A DNA stretch of 61,106 nt, the filler included. It is 3 parts of 3 records of this genome, joined end to end, with 100 filler letters (N's around TTAATTAATTAA, not from the genome) between each part and the next. Parts side by side here need not be neighbours in the genome. Positions count along the whole stretch, not along the records: positions 34,979 to 61,106 come from DRR378314_439; 2 more parts are not named here. The stretch is one strand, 5' to 3'. The notes under the pieces are model-generated. The model saw only the letters and a program-made list of their open reading frames with translations, did no database searches and was not told where the DNA came from. Positions 48,524 through 60,708 of the stretch are shown here, piece after piece; position 1 is the first letter of the stretch; each line of letters begins with the position of its first letter. The translations under genes and the position numbers were made by a program.

Positions 48524-51315
48524 TAAATATTCACCTCTTCTTTCGCTGCATCTGCAGTCAGTTTACCAAGGCTTGCCAATATCATCAGTGTTGCCCCAAC
48601 GACGGTTAAATACACACCTAAGTCAAATATAATGGCGCTTGCCAATTCAGTTTTACCAACGAATGGAATATCAAAATAATCAAACCAAGTAGTTAAAAAT
48701 GGTCGACCAAACACCCAACTACCAAGGCCGGTGAACATGGCGATTGCAATGCCCGAGGCAATTATTTTTCGATAATTAACGTCAAAACGCGATGTTATCC
48801 ATACAGAACCTCTTGCCATATATTGCAATATAAACGCAATAGACGTCACAAGCCCTGCAATAAAACCACCGCCGGGTAAGTTGTGCCCACGCAAGAAAAT
48901 ATATGCCGAAACTAATAAAGCGAGCGGTAACAAGCTTTGTGAGATACTCGAAAGTAAAATAGGGTAGCGTTCACGCGCCCAAGGACGCCCTTCACTATCA
49001 CTAGCAGGCATGAATAAAGGTAAGTTAGCAAGTAACTTGTAAATACCCAGTGCAGCAATACCAAGTACAATAATTTCACCAAGCGTATCAAAGCCCCTGA
49101 AATCGACCAAAATGACGTTGACTACATTTGTACCGCCCCCGCCAGTTTTAGCGTTTGCCACAAAAAAGTCAGAGATAGATTCGAGTGGACGAGTTAGTAA
49201 TGCATAACAAACACTAGCCACGACAACACCTACTGCTGATGCAATACCTAAATCACGTAGGATTCGTAATGAGCTCGACTCTTTAGGTGTTCGCTGTGGT
49301 AAGAAAAATAACGCCAACATAAGCAATATAACTGTTACTACTTCTACTGTAAGCTGAGTCAATGCCAAATCAGGCGCGGAGAAGCGTGTAAATGCAACTG
49401 ATACCATTAATCCCACTATTGATATCATTAATAGCGAAACCATTCTAGAGCGGTGCCAAAGCACTGTACTAATAGCGCCTATAATTAATAAACCGGCGCC
49501 TATCGCGTTATGAAAATCAATCGGTGTACTTGGCGCAGTACCAGCTAACGCCCCCATTTCAAATAACGGCCAGCCCGCACATAAAAGTACAACGCCAAGC
49601 ATTACAACAATATAGCGTTGTAATGAACCATTCTCTGTACTTTGGATTTTGTTTTGACTCCACTTTATTACGCTGTACATCACTCGTTCGAATGTCTTTT
49701 TAGCATTTAACGTTGGCAGGGATGCTTGAAATTGAAATAAATGCTTTCGCTGAATATAAATAAAAACACCGCATGTAGTTGCAATGAAACTCATTAATAG
49801 CGGTAAATTAAATCCATGCCAGATTGATAACTTAAACTCAGGGGTCGAATCACCTAGTACGGCAAGCGAGGCCGCAGATAAAATACCGTCGACAACAAAA
49901 TTCGGGAACATTCCTACAAGTAAGCATAACACCACGAGTATTTCGATTGGCACTCGCATATAGCGCGGTGGCTCATGAGGAGTTTTTGGTAAATCAATAG
50001 GATCACCATTGAAGAAAACATCATGAATAAAGCGCGCCGAGTAAGCCACTGAAAACGCTGCAGCTAAAGTTGCCAAAACCGGTATTAACCAAGACATAGA
50101 ACCAAGTACTTGTTGGTGCAGAGTTTCAGCAAAAAACATTTCTTTAGATAAGAAACCATTTAATAAAGGCACGCCAGCCATCGCCGCCGCAGCCACCATG
50201 GCAAGTGTTGCGGTGTATGGCATAAATCGCCACATCCCATTAAGCTTGCGCATATCACGCGTGCCCGTTTCATGGTCAATAATACCTGTCGCCATAAATA
50301 ACGACGCTTTAAAAGTCGCATGGTTAATGATATGAAATATTGCAGCAACTGTCGCAAGCTCAGTATCTAAGCCTAAAAGCAACGTGATTAAACCTAAGTG
50401 GCTAATTGTTGAATAAGCTAGCAATCCCTTAAGGTCGTGCTTAAACAAGGCAATATAAGCGCCTACTAGCAATGTTGCTAAGCCTGTCATCGCTACTAAA
50501 ATAAACCAAGTGTCGTTTCCTGCTAAGGCTGGATGAAAACGCGCAAGTAAGAAAATACCCGCTTTAACCATCGTTGCTGAATGTAAGTATGCACTTACAG
50601 GAGTCGGTGCAGCCATCGCATGAGGCAACCAAAAGTGGAATGGGAACTGGGCAGACTTTGTAAACGCTCCGAGTAAAACGAGTACTAGCGCGAGCTCAAA
50701 TAACTCATGTGATTGAATAAGTGCTCGGCTAGCTAAAATAGTATCTAAGTTGTAACTACCGACTATGTCACCTATCAGCAGCAAACCACCTAATAACGCC
50801 AAACCACCTGCGCCGGTTACAGCCAGCGCCATTCGTGCACCTTTGCGAGCTTCTGACTTATGCCACCAATAGCTAATCAATAAGAATGAACTAATACTGG
50901 TTAGTTCCCAGAAAAGCCATAACTGAATCACATTATTAGACATCACAATGCCGAGCATTGCAGTCATAAATAACATCAAATAGCTGTATAATTTGGGCAT
51001 AGAGTCATTACTGCTCAAGTAATAACGCGTATAGAAAATAACAAGAGACCCTATCCCTAGAATCATAAAGATAAATAACAGACTTAAACCGTCCAAGCGC
51101 AGAGAAATTTCCATGCCCAACGCGGGTATCCAAGCCAAGGAATAACGAATTGTTTCACCACTGAGTACGGCAGGAGCATGGTAAATTGCAATTGCCAGAG
51201 CACTCAACGGTGCAAGTAAAGTTAAACCCGTTGTTTGGTTACGAGATAATTTGCCGGTGCATGAAGAAATAACACTGCCAATTAAGGATAACAAGGGTAT
51301 CCAGAGCAAAGTCAT
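48523..51315 (-). CDS. mrpA: Mrp antiporter subunit A' (MrpA-MrpB fusion, group 2)
   Basis: [30 protein letters not shown], MrpB motif [12 protein letters not shown]. Confidence 0.95.
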   Translation of the reverse strand: MTLLWIPLLSLIGSVISSCTGKLSRNQTTGLTLLAPLSALAIAIYHAPAVLSGETIRYSLAWIPALGMEISLRLDGLSLLFIFMILGIGSLVIFYTRYYLSSNDSMPKLYSYLMLFMTAMLGIVMSNNVIQLWLFWELTSISSFLLISYWWHKSEARKGARMALAVTGAGGLALLGGLLLIGDIVGSYNLDTILASRALIQSHELFELALVLVLLGAFTKSAQFPFHFWLPHAMAAPTPVSAYLHSATMVKAGIFLLARFHPALAGNDTWFILVAMTGLATLLVGAYIALFKHDLKGLLAYSTISHLGLITLLLGLDTELATVAAIFHIINHATFKASLFMATGIIDHETGTRDMRKLNGMWRFMPYTATLAMVAAAAMAGVPLLNGFLSKEMFFAETLHQQVLGSMSWLIPVLATLAAAFSVAYSARFIHDVFFNGDPIDLPKTPHEPPRYMRVPIEILVVLCLLVGMFPNFVVDGILSAASLAVLGDSTPEFKLSIWHGFNLPLLMSFIATTCGVFIYIQRKHLFQFQASLPTLNAKKTFERVMYSVIKWSQNKIQSTENGSLQRYIVVMLGVVLLCAGWPLFEMGALAGTAPSTPIDFHNAIGAGLLIIGAISTVLWHRSRMVSLLMISIVGLMVSVAFTRFSAPDLALTQLTVEVVTVILLMLALFFLPQRTPKESSSLRILRDLGIASAVGVVVASVCYALLTRPLESISDFFVANAKTGGGGTNVVNVILVDFRGFDTLGEIIVLGIAALGIYKLLANLPLFMPASDSEGRPWARERYPILLSSISQSLLPLALLVSAYIFLRGHNLPGGGFIAGLVTSIAFILQYMARGSVWITSRFDVNYRKIIASGIAIAMFTGLGSWVFGRPFLTTWFDYFDIPFVGKTELASAIIFDLGVYLTVVGATLMILASLGKLTADAAKEEVNI

Positions 51316-51527
51316 AATGAGGAACCTTTTAAAGTCATAAGAATATCAATACGCTGCTAGTTAATTTTAGTTGTGTACTGTTCATTGAAATGGTTTTTAA
51401 TTCAGCTTAAATAAATATTATACAAAGGTATAGTTATACTGACTGAGTTACATTTTGTCTATAGGAAGCACGCCTATCTGCTGGAATTTTAAGCTGAATT
51501 AACAAGGATACTAATAATAACCATTGT

Positions 51528-52727
51528 TTAATCAGCCCCCCTCTTATCACGTATAAATAACGACTGGCTTAGCATAGTAAAGTAGTCATGATAGCGCACG
51601 GGTTTATAATGATTATTTTCTATTTGTTCTATCCATAACTCTCTATATTCTGCGGATAACGGGAGCTCCTGATAGCGCATTATTGACCATTTATTATTGG
51701 GCTTGTACGATTTTACAGTGCCTTCACACGTTTCACTGGGCTGCCACCCTGTGGGAGGTTTTATATTATTTGCAACGAATAGATTTGGTGCAACATAGCC
51801 TCTTTGCCTGCACAACCAGACCTGTTTATTTTTGGGTACTGGGTATTCATCTTCAAAACCACTAAAATGCATTAATTCATGTAAGAATAATTGATAACTG
51901 CTTTGCGAGTTTAATTGCATTATTCCTGCGCGAACGTTACCACGCCCTTCTCGTGGCATCATCACTATAAAATCATAGTTTTTTGGCCATACATATTTTT
52001 TAATTAACGCTCGCCAATTACACGAGGCTGCTTTTAATGGGTCTGTTTGACAGGCTATGTTGTCACCAATGTAAACTGGTTCAGAAAAACAAAAACTCTT
52101 ATCATTCGGCTCTGGTGATAAAGCATGTTTGTTTGAAAAACGATTGAGTTTGCTAATCCCAGCACGATGATCACTCATCATGAGTACATTATACTCGCAA
52201 CGATTATCAGCGCTTAACCCATGAAGAGAAAGTAAAAAACCAGCTTGATGAGCATATTCACTAGATATAGACTCTGGTGGATAACTAAAATGAAGTTTTA
52301 TTTGCTCTAAAATTGCAGACTTTGGTACTAGACCTTGCTCTGCTAGAGCGTTAAGCTCCTCCCAACGATTGAGCTCAACCAGTAACGTGGCCAAATCTAG
52401 TCTTTGTTGAGCATTTTGTTTCACGACCGTGTTTTGCCAAAAAAGCCTTGCTTTATCCGCATTACCTTCTTTGAGTAATATAATCGCCCAGCTAAATTTC
52501 GCATGCTCAGCGCCATTCAATGCAAGGTCTTCTATACTGGATTTAGGCAGTGTATTTAAGTTTTGTTCGAAAATATCGGGAAACTGATAGTAACCAGCAA
52601 GTGTGGCAGCACTATCTTGCAAAGCAAGCCAATAGACTAGTCGCGCATGGCGGTTTACTGAGCTTGTAAGAACCACTAAGCTCAGTATTATTAAACCATA
52701 GACTCTTATATTAGCTCGCGTTATCAC
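51528..52727 (-). CDS. Putative zinc metallopeptidase (M64/metzincin-like), N-terminally anchored or exported
   Basis: HELMHFSGFEDEY zinc motif, APNL, YKP...SIMRY Met-turn; hydrophobic N-terminus; GTG start overlaps the nlpI 3' end. Confidence 0.7.
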   Translation of the reverse strand: MITRANIRVYGLIILSLVVLTSSVNRHARLVYWLALQDSAATLAGYYQFPDIFEQNLNTLPKSSIEDLALNGAEHAKFSWAIILLKEGNADKARLFWQNTVVKQNAQQRLDLATLLVELNRWEELNALAEQGLVPKSAILEQIKLHFSYPPESISSEYAHQAGFLLSLHGLSADNRCEYNVLMMSDHRAGISKLNRFSNKHALSPEPNDKSFCFSEPVYIGDNIACQTDPLKAASCNWRALIKKYVWPKNYDFIVMMPREGRGNVRAGIMQLNSQSSYQLFLHELMHFSGFEDEYPVPKNKQVWLCRQRGYVAPNLFVANNIKPPTGWQPSETCEGTVKSYKPNNKWSIMRYQELPLSAEYRELWIEQIENNHYKPVRYHDYFTMLSQSLFIRDKRGAD

Positions 52728-53589
52728 CAGCCATGAGCTCTAATTCTAAACGGGCATATTTATACTCAATATATTCATGCACGTTAGTTGCTAAAGCAAG
52801 ACGAAAATATTCCGCTGCATGATTTAGCTCGCCTTTAGCTTGGTAAACCTTAGCCAAGTAAAAATAGGCTTCGCATAAACGTCTAGTGTACTCTGGCTCT
52901 GATTGCACACCTTGGGCAATGCTCGCTAAAAATTCAGTTTCGCCAATTTCACCTAAAAACAAAGCAATTATTTGATAACCCCATACACCCTCATCTACCC
53001 CTTGTGCATTGGCTTTTAAATCAACAAGCGCCTGTGTTTTATCAACATTAGATTGCGCTAAGTATTGCCACAGTATTGGAAAAGGTTCTTTCGTTGAATT
53101 TGCAACAAATGTCTTAAAGTCTTGAGTGGCTAAATAAGGTCGCTCACCATAATAAAGAGCTATACCGCGATTTAAATAGGCATACTGGTGTTGTTCGTTA
53201 AGCTCCAAAGCTGAGTCAAAAAATTCATATGCTTTTTCATATTGCTGCATTAAAGTGTGGTGTATACCTAAAAAATTATACACTTCAGCTAGATCAGGCT
53301 TCATCTGTACTGCGTTATTAAAATCGATTCGTGCCAATGTCGACATACCTAAACTATCAAATAGTACGCCACGGTCATAATAAAGCATCGCTTGCTGTTC
53401 AACTGTTAAATCTGCACGATTAAGTAGCTTAGAGTAACGTGCAATAGCAATTTCACTTCTAAAGTCGGAAGCTAATGGCGAAGCAAAAGGCACATTGATA
53501 ACGGGATCTAATTTAGGTTGCGTGGTTGTTTGGCACGCGCTTAGAGACATAATGGCCACGGTAGCAAACGCTAAATGTTTAAAAATCAT
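52711..53589 (-). CDS. nlpI: Lipoprotein NlpI
   Basis: Lipobox LSAC, YDRGVLFDSLG, AYLNRGIALYY, LCEAYFYLAK; downstream of pnp; start moved to ATG 53589. Confidence 0.95.
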   Translation of the reverse strand: MIFKHLAFATVAIMSLSACQTTTQPKLDPVINVPFASPLASDFRSEIAIARYSKLLNRADLTVEQQAMLYYDRGVLFDSLGMSTLARIDFNNAVQMKPDLAEVYNFLGIHHTLMQQYEKAYEFFDSALELNEQHQYAYLNRGIALYYGERPYLATQDFKTFVANSTKEPFPILWQYLAQSNVDKTQALVDLKANAQGVDEGVWGYQIIALFLGEIGETEFLASIAQGVQSEPEYTRRLCEAYFYLAKVYQAKGELNHAAEYFRLALATNVHEYIEYKYARLELELMAGDNAS

Positions 53590-53654
53590 TAAAATCCTTA
53601 ATACTTTAAAAGTAAACAATATAGACACGATGCATCAGAAGAGGTTTCATTAAA

Positions 53655-53690
53655 GCATAAAAAAAGGGGCTAAACAGCCCCTTTTTATGC
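53655..53690 (-). terminator. pnp terminator (bidirectional type)
   Basis: AAAAAAAGGGGCT-AAAC-AGCCCCTTTTT. Confidence 0.85.
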
Positions 53691-53723
53691 AATCCAGTAA
53701 TTAACTGGACTAAAAATCAACAA

Positions 53724-55850
53724 TTAAGCGTCAGCGGGTGCATCAGCTGCAGGTGCTGCTGATTCCATTGCTTCTTTGATGCTTAAACGTACGCGACCTT
53801 GACGGTCTACTTCTAGTACTTTTACTTTTACTTCTTGGCCTTCGCTAAGGTGGTCTGAAACGTTATTTACGCGCTCAGTGCTAATTTGCGAAATATGCAC
53901 AAGACCATCTTTACCTGGTAAGATATTTACAAATGCACCAAAGTCTACGATACGTACAACTTTACCTTGGTAGATAGTGCCTACTTCTAGTTCTGCTGTT
54001 AATTGCTCAATACGGCTGATTGCATTCGCTGCACTTTCACCATCTGTAGCGGCAATTTTGATTGTACCGTCATCTTCGATTTCAATCGTTGTACCCGTCT
54101 CTTCTGTAAGTTGACGAATTGTAGCGCCACCTTTACCGATAACTTCAGCGATTTTCTTCGCAGGGATTTTCATCGTATAGATACGTGGAGCGAACTGAGA
54201 AAGCTCTTCAGATGGTGCTGCAATTGCTTCATCCATCACACCTAGGATGTGTAAACGTGCTGCTTTTGCTTGCTTAAGTGCAATTTGCATGATCTCTTGC
54301 GTGATACCTTCGATCTTGATATCCATTTGCAATGCAGTAATACCGTTTGATGTACCGGCTACTTTAAAGTCCATGTCACCTAAGTGATCTTCATCACCTA
54401 AGATGTCAGAAAGAACAACGAATTTCTCGTCTTCTTTAACTAGACCCATCGCGATACCAGCAACAGATGCTTTAATTGGTACACCTGCATTCATAAGCGC
54501 TAGTGACGTACCACATACTGATGCCATTGAAGATGAACCATTTGATTCAGTGATTTCAGATACAACACGGATTGAGTAAGGGAACTCAGTCAGTGTTGGC
54601 ATTACAGCTTGGATACCACGCTTAGCCAAGTTACCGTGACCGATTTCACGACGCTTAGGAGAACCTACAAAACCAGTTTCACCAACACAGAACGGAGGGA
54701 AGTTGTAGTTAAGCATAAAGTGGTTTTTATGCGTGCCAGTTAAATCGTCGATTAACTGTGAATCACGTTCTGTACCAAGAGTAGCAGTTACAAGTGCTTG
54801 AGTTTCACCACGGGTAAAGATTGCAGAACCGTGAGTACGCGGTAATACGCCAGTCATTACGTCAAGTGCGCGGATCATATCTGGTTCACGACCATCGATA
54901 CGTTTTTCACCCGCTGTGATACGGCCACGTACGATTTTCTTCTCTAAAGAACCGAATACTTTACCTACTTCTTGCTTATCAAGCGTTTCATCTTCAGCAA
55001 GTTCGCTCGTAAGTGCTTCAACAACAGTGTCTTTTGCTGCAGTTAATGCTTCTTTACGCGCTACTTTATCAGTGATGCGGTAAGCTTCGCCTACTTTTTC
55101 AGCCGCTAAAGAGGCTACTTTCTCTTCAAGCGATACGTTTTTCTCAGGTGCAGTCCAATCCCATGTAGGCTTGCCTGCTTCTGCTTTGAATTCGTTGATT
55201 GCGTTGATAATAGCTTGAGATTGCTCATGACCATACACAACCGCACCAAGCATTACGTCTTCTGCAAGTACGTCTGCCTCTGATTCAACCATAAGTACTG
55301 CGTTATCAGTACCTGCAACAACTAAGTCTAATTGGCTCTCTTCAAGCTCTTTTAGTGTTGGGTTAAGTACGTATTCGTTATTGATATAACCAACGCGCGC
55401 TGCACCAATTGGGCCGCTGAACGGAATACCAGAAATAGCAAGTGCTGCTGAAGTACCAATCATCGCAACCATATCAGGTTGGATTTCAGGGTTAACAGAA
55501 ACAACTGTAGCAATAACTTGTACTTCGTTTACGAAACCATTTGGGAAAAGTGGACGAATTGGACGGTCAATAAGACGTGCAATAAGTGTTTCACCATCGT
55601 TAGGACGACCTTCACGCTTTAAGAAACCACCTGGGATACGACCTGCAGCGTACATACGCTCTTGGTAGTTAACTGTTAGTGGGAAGAAGTCTTGACCTGG
55701 TTGTGCTTCACGCTTACCAACAACAGTCACTAATACTGACGTGTCGCCGATGCTTGCTAGTACTGCGCCGTCTGCTTGACGTGCGATTGCACCTGTTTCT
55801 AGGGTAACTGTGTGTTGACCTAGTTGAAATTCTTTAATAATTGCTTGCAC
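53724..55850 (-). CDS. pnp: Polynucleotide phosphorylase
   Basis: [36 protein letters not shown] and S1 domains. Confidence 0.98.
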   Translation of the reverse strand: MQAIIKEFQLGQHTVTLETGAIARQADGAVLASIGDTSVLVTVVGKREAQPGQDFFPLTVNYQERMYAAGRIPGGFLKREGRPNDGETLIARLIDRPIRPLFPNGFVNEVQVIATVVSVNPEIQPDMVAMIGTSAALAISGIPFSGPIGAARVGYINNEYVLNPTLKELEESQLDLVVAGTDNAVLMVESEADVLAEDVMLGAVVYGHEQSQAIINAINEFKAEAGKPTWDWTAPEKNVSLEEKVASLAAEKVGEAYRITDKVARKEALTAAKDTVVEALTSELAEDETLDKQEVGKVFGSLEKKIVRGRITAGEKRIDGREPDMIRALDVMTGVLPRTHGSAIFTRGETQALVTATLGTERDSQLIDDLTGTHKNHFMLNYNFPPFCVGETGFVGSPKRREIGHGNLAKRGIQAVMPTLTEFPYSIRVVSEITESNGSSSMASVCGTSLALMNAGVPIKASVAGIAMGLVKEDEKFVVLSDILGDEDHLGDMDFKVAGTSNGITALQMDIKIEGITQEIMQIALKQAKAARLHILGVMDEAIAAPSEELSQFAPRIYTMKIPAKKIAEVIGKGGATIRQLTEETGTTIEIEDDGTIKIAATDGESAANAISRIEQLTAELEVGTIYQGKVVRIVDFGAFVNILPGKDGLVHISQISTERVNNVSDHLSEGQEVKVKVLEVDRQGRVRLSIKEAMESAAPAADAPADA

Positions 55851-55882
55851 TTAAAATATCCTTTAAATCTAAATAAGTGTTC

Positions 55883-55955
55883 CATCAAAGTACCAATTAC
55901 AGTACATAATTGTATTCAGTTGGAAATCAATTAAGTACTACAATTGGCAATGATG
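55883..55955 (-). promoter_or_regulatory. Long 5'-UTR hairpin of pnp (candidate RNase III site)
   Basis: Nested pairs CATCA/TGATG, CCAATT/AATTGG, AGTAC/GTACT, TAATTG/CAATTA; second 10-bp hairpin at 55964-55987. Confidence 0.65.
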
Positions 55956-56138
55956 TAAATAACCGTAGATAAACCTTTTTATCTACGCGCATAGTATATA
56001 CCAAAGCCACGTAAAAATGCGAGTCTAGCAACCAGATTATAGTACGCACTTTAGCTGAATATATAGCTGTAACTATTGATGGAGGTTTTTATTGATTTTT
56101 CAAGCAGTTTAATTTTTGTTCTAGGGATTTTCAGGCAC

Positions 56139-56166
56139 AAAAAAAGGAGCCAGAAAGCTCCTTTTT
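56139..56166 (-). terminator. rpsO terminator
   Basis: AAAAAAAGGAGC-CAGAAA-GCTCCTTTTT. Confidence 0.85.
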
Positions 56167-56180
56167 AGGTAATCTAGATC

Positions 56181-56450
56181 TTAGCGACGTAGGCCAAGCT
56201 CTTGGATTAACGCAGTATAACGTGCAATGTCTTTACCTTTAAGGTAATCAAGCAGTTTACGACGAGTGCTTACTTTACGAAGCAGACCACGACGAGAGTG
56301 GAAGTCATGCTTGTGATCAGCAAAGTGACCTTGAAGCTTGTTGATATCAAAAGTTAAAAGTGCAACTTGTACTTCAGGTGAACCAGTGTCGCCTTCTGCA
56401 CGTGCGAATTTTGCGATGATATCGATTTTTTCTTGATTGCTTAGTGACAT
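56181..56450 (-). CDS. rpsO: 30S ribosomal protein S15
   Basis: [29 protein letters not shown]. Confidence 0.98.
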   Translation of the reverse strand: MSLSNQEKIDIIAKFARAEGDTGSPEVQVALLTFDINKLQGHFADHKHDFHSRRGLLRKVSTRRKLLDYLKGKDIARYTALIQELGLRR

Positions 56451-56510
56451 AGTAACTCCAAAAATAAATGTAAAAGGTGCTTTAGCCGATCACTAATTCA
56501 GCCAAAACGA
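56441..56510 (-). ncRNA. S15 autoregulatory leader (pseudoknot)
   Basis: GGCTGAATTAGTGATCGGC hairpin; loop TTAGTGA is complementary to TCACTAA just after the ATG, as in the gammaproteobacterial S15 leader. Confidence 0.85.
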
Positions 56511-56557
56511 TTAAGCGGGCGTATTCTACCAGTTTTGGTTATAACTACAAGATAAAC

Positions 56558-57508
56558 TTAGTCTGTCGACTCTTGTTGATTAGATAAACCGCGTTTAGAC
56601 TTTAAATGTCCATCGGGGTTACGCTCTCCGGTGCCAATAAACACGCCATCTGCCAGCACTTTTATTGGCCCTTCAGGTAAGATTTTACCCAACACAACAG
56701 CCTGACCATGACTAAATGACACGCCTTGCTCTTTAGTTATCTCAACAACTGGTAAATCAACCAATGCTGTATCCATAGGTAATAGCAGCTCATCAAGGTA
56801 TTGCGAAGGTGCAAGCTCTTCAGCTTTGGCTTTTGCTAGTAATACTTCAAGCTGTTCAAGCGAGACCATCTTATCCGCGGGGTAATGCCCAACAGCTGAG
56901 CGATGTAACATAATCACATGCGCGCCACAGCCCAGGTTTTCACCTAAGTCATCAACAATTGTGCGGATGTAGGTACCTTTTGATACATGAGCAGTCATTT
57001 GTACTTCGTTGTTCGCTTCATCAAACTCATCAAGCATTAAACTAAATACATTGATTTTTCTACACTTGCGCGGTACTTCAATACCCTCGCGTGCGTATTT
57101 ATATAAAGGTTTACCTTCATATTTTAACGCTGAGTACATTGATGGGTATTGATCTGACTCACCTAAGAATTTGGCAATTTCTTGCTCGAGCAGTTCTTTT
57201 GTCACGTTAACATCACGTGTTTCTACCACTTCACCATCAGAGTCTGACGTTGTGGTACGCTCACCTAGTTTTGCTCGAACCACATAGGTTTTATCTGTAT
57301 CGAGTAAAAACTGGGTAAACTTAGTTGCTTCACCAAAGCAAATCGGCAACATACCTGTGGCTAAAGGGTCAAGTGCCCCGGTATGCCCAGCTTTTTGCGC
57401 AAAATAAATACCTTTTGCTTGCTGTAAGGCTCTGTTCGATGAAATACCTTGTGGTTTGTTTAACAACAAAATGCCATCAATCGGACGGCCCTTACTGCGT
57501 CTTGCCAT
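56558..57508 (-). CDS. truB: tRNA pseudouridine(55) synthase
   Basis: KAGHTGALDPLATG, YSALK, SKGTYIRT. Confidence 0.97.
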   Translation of the reverse strand: MARRSKGRPIDGILLLNKPQGISSNRALQQAKGIYFAQKAGHTGALDPLATGMLPICFGEATKFTQFLLDTDKTYVVRAKLGERTTTSDSDGEVVETRDVNVTKELLEQEIAKFLGESDQYPSMYSALKYEGKPLYKYAREGIEVPRKCRKINVFSLMLDEFDEANNEVQMTAHVSKGTYIRTIVDDLGENLGCGAHVIMLHRSAVGHYPADKMVSLEQLEVLLAKAKAEELAPSQYLDELLLPMDTALVDLPVVEITKEQGVSFSHGQAVVLGKILPEGPIKVLADGVFIGTGERNPDGHLKSKRGLSNQQESTD

Positions 57509-57915
57509 TAGTCTTTAGTGCCTTCTTCGCTGTCGTTTTCATCATCTACGTGTTTAGCATTATCTTCACGGATCACAGAGTCAACTAAGTTAGAGATACG
57601 CATCCCTTCCATTAGCGAGTTATCAACCACAAATTTAAGCTCAGGCATAATACGAGCACGTATACGCTTACCCAATAGCGAACGGATATAACCCGTTGCT
57701 TCGTTAAGTACTTTGGCACTTTGCTTAGCGGCGTTCTCATCTTCAGTGTTAAATACCGTGATAAATACTTTGGCGTAAGATAAGTCACGTGATACTTCAA
57801 CGGCTGATACAGTCACCATGCCTAAACGTGGATCTTTAATTTCGCGTTGTAATATAACAGCAATTTCTTTTTGAATTTGCTGAGCAACACGATCAGTGCG
57901 AGAAAATTCTCTCAT
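57508..57915 (-). CDS. rbfA: Ribosome-binding factor A
   Basis: [22 protein letters not shown]. Confidence 0.97.
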   Translation of the reverse strand: MREFSRTDRVAQQIQKEIAVILQREIKDPRLGMVTVSAVEVSRDLSYAKVFITVFNTEDENAAKQSAKVLNEATGYIRSLLGKRIRARIMPELKFVVDNSLMEGMRISNLVDSVIREDNAKHVDDENDSEEGTKD

Positions 57916-57981
57916 TGTTCTTTACTCTAATTTTATAACTTATTGAGAAATATAAATAAGTTAATTTAATAATGGATACAC

Positions 57982-58004
57982 AAATGGGGGCTGAGCCCCC
58001 ATTT
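57982..58004 (-). terminator. Stem-loop after infB
   Basis: AAATGGGGGC-TGA-GCCCCCATTT. Confidence 0.7.
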
Positions 58005-58025
58005 ATTATCTTAATATGCTAACAA

Positions 58026-60683
58026 TTAAAGTGAACGTTGTACTTCAACTGTTTCGAATACTTCGATTTGGTCACCAACGCGAACGTCATTGTAGTTCTT
58101 AACGCCGATACCACACTCCATGCCATTACGAACATCTTGAACGTCGTCTTTAAAGCGACGAAGTGACTCAAGTTCACCTTCGTAGATAACCACGTTTTCA
58201 CGTAATACACGAATTGGTGCGCTGCGCTTAATAGTACCTTCAGTAACCATACAACCAGCAATTGCGCCAATTTTTGGAGACTTAAATACGTCACGTACTT
58301 CAGCAAGACCAATGATCTCTTGCTTAAACTCAGGAGCAAGCATACCAGACATGGCTTGCTTAACTTCTTCGATTAATGCATAGATTACGCTGTAATAACG
58401 AAGATCTAGGTTTTCAGTATCAATCACTTTACGCGCTGATGCATCAGCACGAACGTTAAAGCCAACGACGATTGCGTTTGAAGCAGCTGCAAGTGTTGCA
58501 TCAGTTTCAGTGATACCACCTACGCCAGAACCCACAATCTTCACTTTTACTTCATCAGTAGAAAGCTTGGTTAGTGAATCTGAAATTGCTTCAATTGAAC
58601 CTTGAACGTCTGCTTTAAGTACCACGTTAACTTCTGATACATCGCCTTCAGCCATGTTAGTAAACATGTTTTCAAGTTTCGCTTTTTGTTGACGAGCCAA
58701 TTTAACGTCACGGAATTTACCTTGACGATAAAGAGCAACTTCACGCGCTTTACGCTCATCTTTAACAACAGTGGCTTCATCACCTGCTGCTGGGATACCA
58801 GAAAGACCTAAAATTTCTACAGGAATAGATGGACCAGCAGAACGAATGTCTTTACCGTTTTCGTCTTTCATTGCGCGAACACGGCCGTATTCAAGGCCAC
58901 ATAGTACGATATCACCTTGGTTAAGCGTACCTGACTGAACAAGGATAGATGCAACTGGACCACGGCCTTTATCAAGACGAGATTCAATTACAACACCTGC
59001 TGCCATGCCTTCGCTCGGTGCAGATAGCTCTAGAAGCTCTGATTGCATAAGAACCGCTTCTAATAGGTCATCAATACCTAAACCAGTTTTAGCTGAAATA
59101 TGAACGTACTGCGTATCACCGCCCCAATCTTCTGGGATAACGTCTAGCTGTGCTAGCTCGTTCTTAACGCGATCTGGATCCGCGCCTTCTTTATCCATTT
59201 TGTTTACAGCGATAATTAAAGGAACGCCAGCTGCACGAGCATGCTGTACCGCTTCTTTAGTTTGTGGCATTACACCATCATCTGCTGCAACCACTAGGAT
59301 TACGATATCAGTCGCTTTAGCACCACGTGCACGCATTGATGTAAACGCGGCATGTCCTGGAGTATCTAGGAAAGTAATCATGTTGCCGTTAGTTTCAACG
59401 TGGTAAGCACCAATGTGCTGCGTGATACCACCAGCTTCGCCTGATGCAACCTTCGCAGAGCGAATGTAATCAAGTGTTGATGTTTTACCATGGTCAACGT
59501 GACCCATTACAGTAACAACTGGCGCACGCGGCTCTGACTTGCCATCTTCATGGCGGTCATTGAGTACTGTTTGCTCTAATTCGTTTTCTTTAACGATGAT
59601 AACTTTATGGCCCATTTCTTCTGCTACAAGCTGCGCAGTTTCTTGGTCAATAACTTGGTTAATAGTAACCATGTCACCCATTTTCATCATTGTTTTAACA
59701 ACTTCAGCGCCTTTAACTGCCATGCGTGATGCAAGCTCAGCTACTGTAATTGTTTCGCTAATACGCACTTCATTTTTAACGTCAGCGGTAGGTTTTTGGA
59801 AACCATGCTGTAATGACGTTGGTGCTTTTAGCTTGCCTTTGTTTCGGCCTTTGCCTGCAAACTTATCTTTTGCTGGGGCTTTTTTCTTTTTCTTCGCACG
59901 GCGTGAACCTTGCTCATCACGCGCATCAGCAACATCTTCTGCTTCACGTGCGTAAGTAGAAGTCGTAAGGTGGTGATCCGCGGTTTCTTCGCGTTTCTTA
60001 CGTTCTTCTTCTTCTTTCTTCCAACGAGCTGAGTTCTCTTCAGCTAGCTTTCTTGCTTCTTCTGCTTGACGTTTCGCTTCTTCTTCAGCTTTCTTCAATG
60101 CGGCCTCTTCTGCTTCTTTTTGCAGACGCTCAGCTTCGATGCGATCTTTCTCAGACTTAGCACTTTGCTCAGGGGTCATCTGCTTCTGTTTTGCTACACG
60201 TTCAGCATCTGCTTTACGTTTAGCTTCCTCTTTTGCTTTACGATCAGCCTCTTCTTTGGCTTTACGTTCTGCATCTTGTTTCGCTTTAAGTTCAGCAGCC
60301 TCTTGAGCAGCTTTTTGCTCAGCTTCACGACGTGCAGCTTCTTCAGCGGCGATACGTGCTTGCTCTTGCTCTTGCTCAATAGCGCTTTTCTTAACATAAG
60401 TGCGTGTTTTGCGCACTTCTACTTGCACTGACTTTGCTTGACCCGTAGAGCCTGTCACACTTAGTGTGCTTTTGCTTTTACGTTGCAATGTCATGCGAGC
60501 TGGGCCTTCAGAGCCCGTGCCACCATGTGACTTGCTCAAGTGGTCAAGTAACTTTGCTTTTTCTGCTTCAGTTACATTCTCACCCGCTTTTTTATCTATA
60601 CCGGCTTGTGAAAACTGCTGTAGCAATTTATCAACAGTTGTACCAATATCCCCGGCTAGTTTTTCAACATTTACTTCTGCCAT
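58026..60683 (-). CDS. infB: Translation initiation factor IF-2
   Basis: [27 protein letters not shown]. Confidence 0.98.
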   Translation of the reverse strand: MAEVNVEKLAGDIGTTVDKLLQQFSQAGIDKKAGENVTEAEKAKLLDHLSKSHGGTGSEGPARMTLQRKSKSTLSVTGSTGQAKSVQVEVRKTRTYVKKSAIEQEQEQARIAAEEAARREAEQKAAQEAAELKAKQDAERKAKEEADRKAKEEAKRKADAERVAKQKQMTPEQSAKSEKDRIEAERLQKEAEEAALKKAEEEAKRQAEEARKLAEENSARWKKEEEERKKREETADHHLTTSTYAREAEDVADARDEQGSRRAKKKKKAPAKDKFAGKGRNKGKLKAPTSLQHGFQKPTADVKNEVRISETITVAELASRMAVKGAEVVKTMMKMGDMVTINQVIDQETAQLVAEEMGHKVIIVKENELEQTVLNDRHEDGKSEPRAPVVTVMGHVDHGKTSTLDYIRSAKVASGEAGGITQHIGAYHVETNGNMITFLDTPGHAAFTSMRARGAKATDIVILVVAADDGVMPQTKEAVQHARAAGVPLIIAVNKMDKEGADPDRVKNELAQLDVIPEDWGGDTQYVHISAKTGLGIDDLLEAVLMQSELLELSAPSEGMAAGVVIESRLDKGRGPVASILVQSGTLNQGDIVLCGLEYGRVRAMKDENGKDIRSAGPSIPVEILGLSGIPAAGDEATVVKDERKAREVALYRQGKFRDVKLARQQKAKLENMFTNMAEGDVSEVNVVLKADVQGSIEAISDSLTKLSTDEVKVKIVGSGVGGITETDATLAAASNAIVVGFNVRADASARKVIDTENLDLRYYSVIYALIEEVKQAMSGMLAPEFKQEIIGLAEVRDVFKSPKIGAIAGCMVTEGTIKRSAPIRVLRENVVIYEGELESLRRFKDDVQDVRNGMECGIGVKNYNDVRVGDQIEVFETVEVQRSL

Positions 60684-60708
60684 AGTTTCTAATACCTCCG
60701 TTAATAAA

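Noticed and set aside
59940..60400. Repetitive E/A/K/R-rich sequence and antisense ORFs
   Set aside because: Normal low-complexity helical linker of the IF-2 N-terminus
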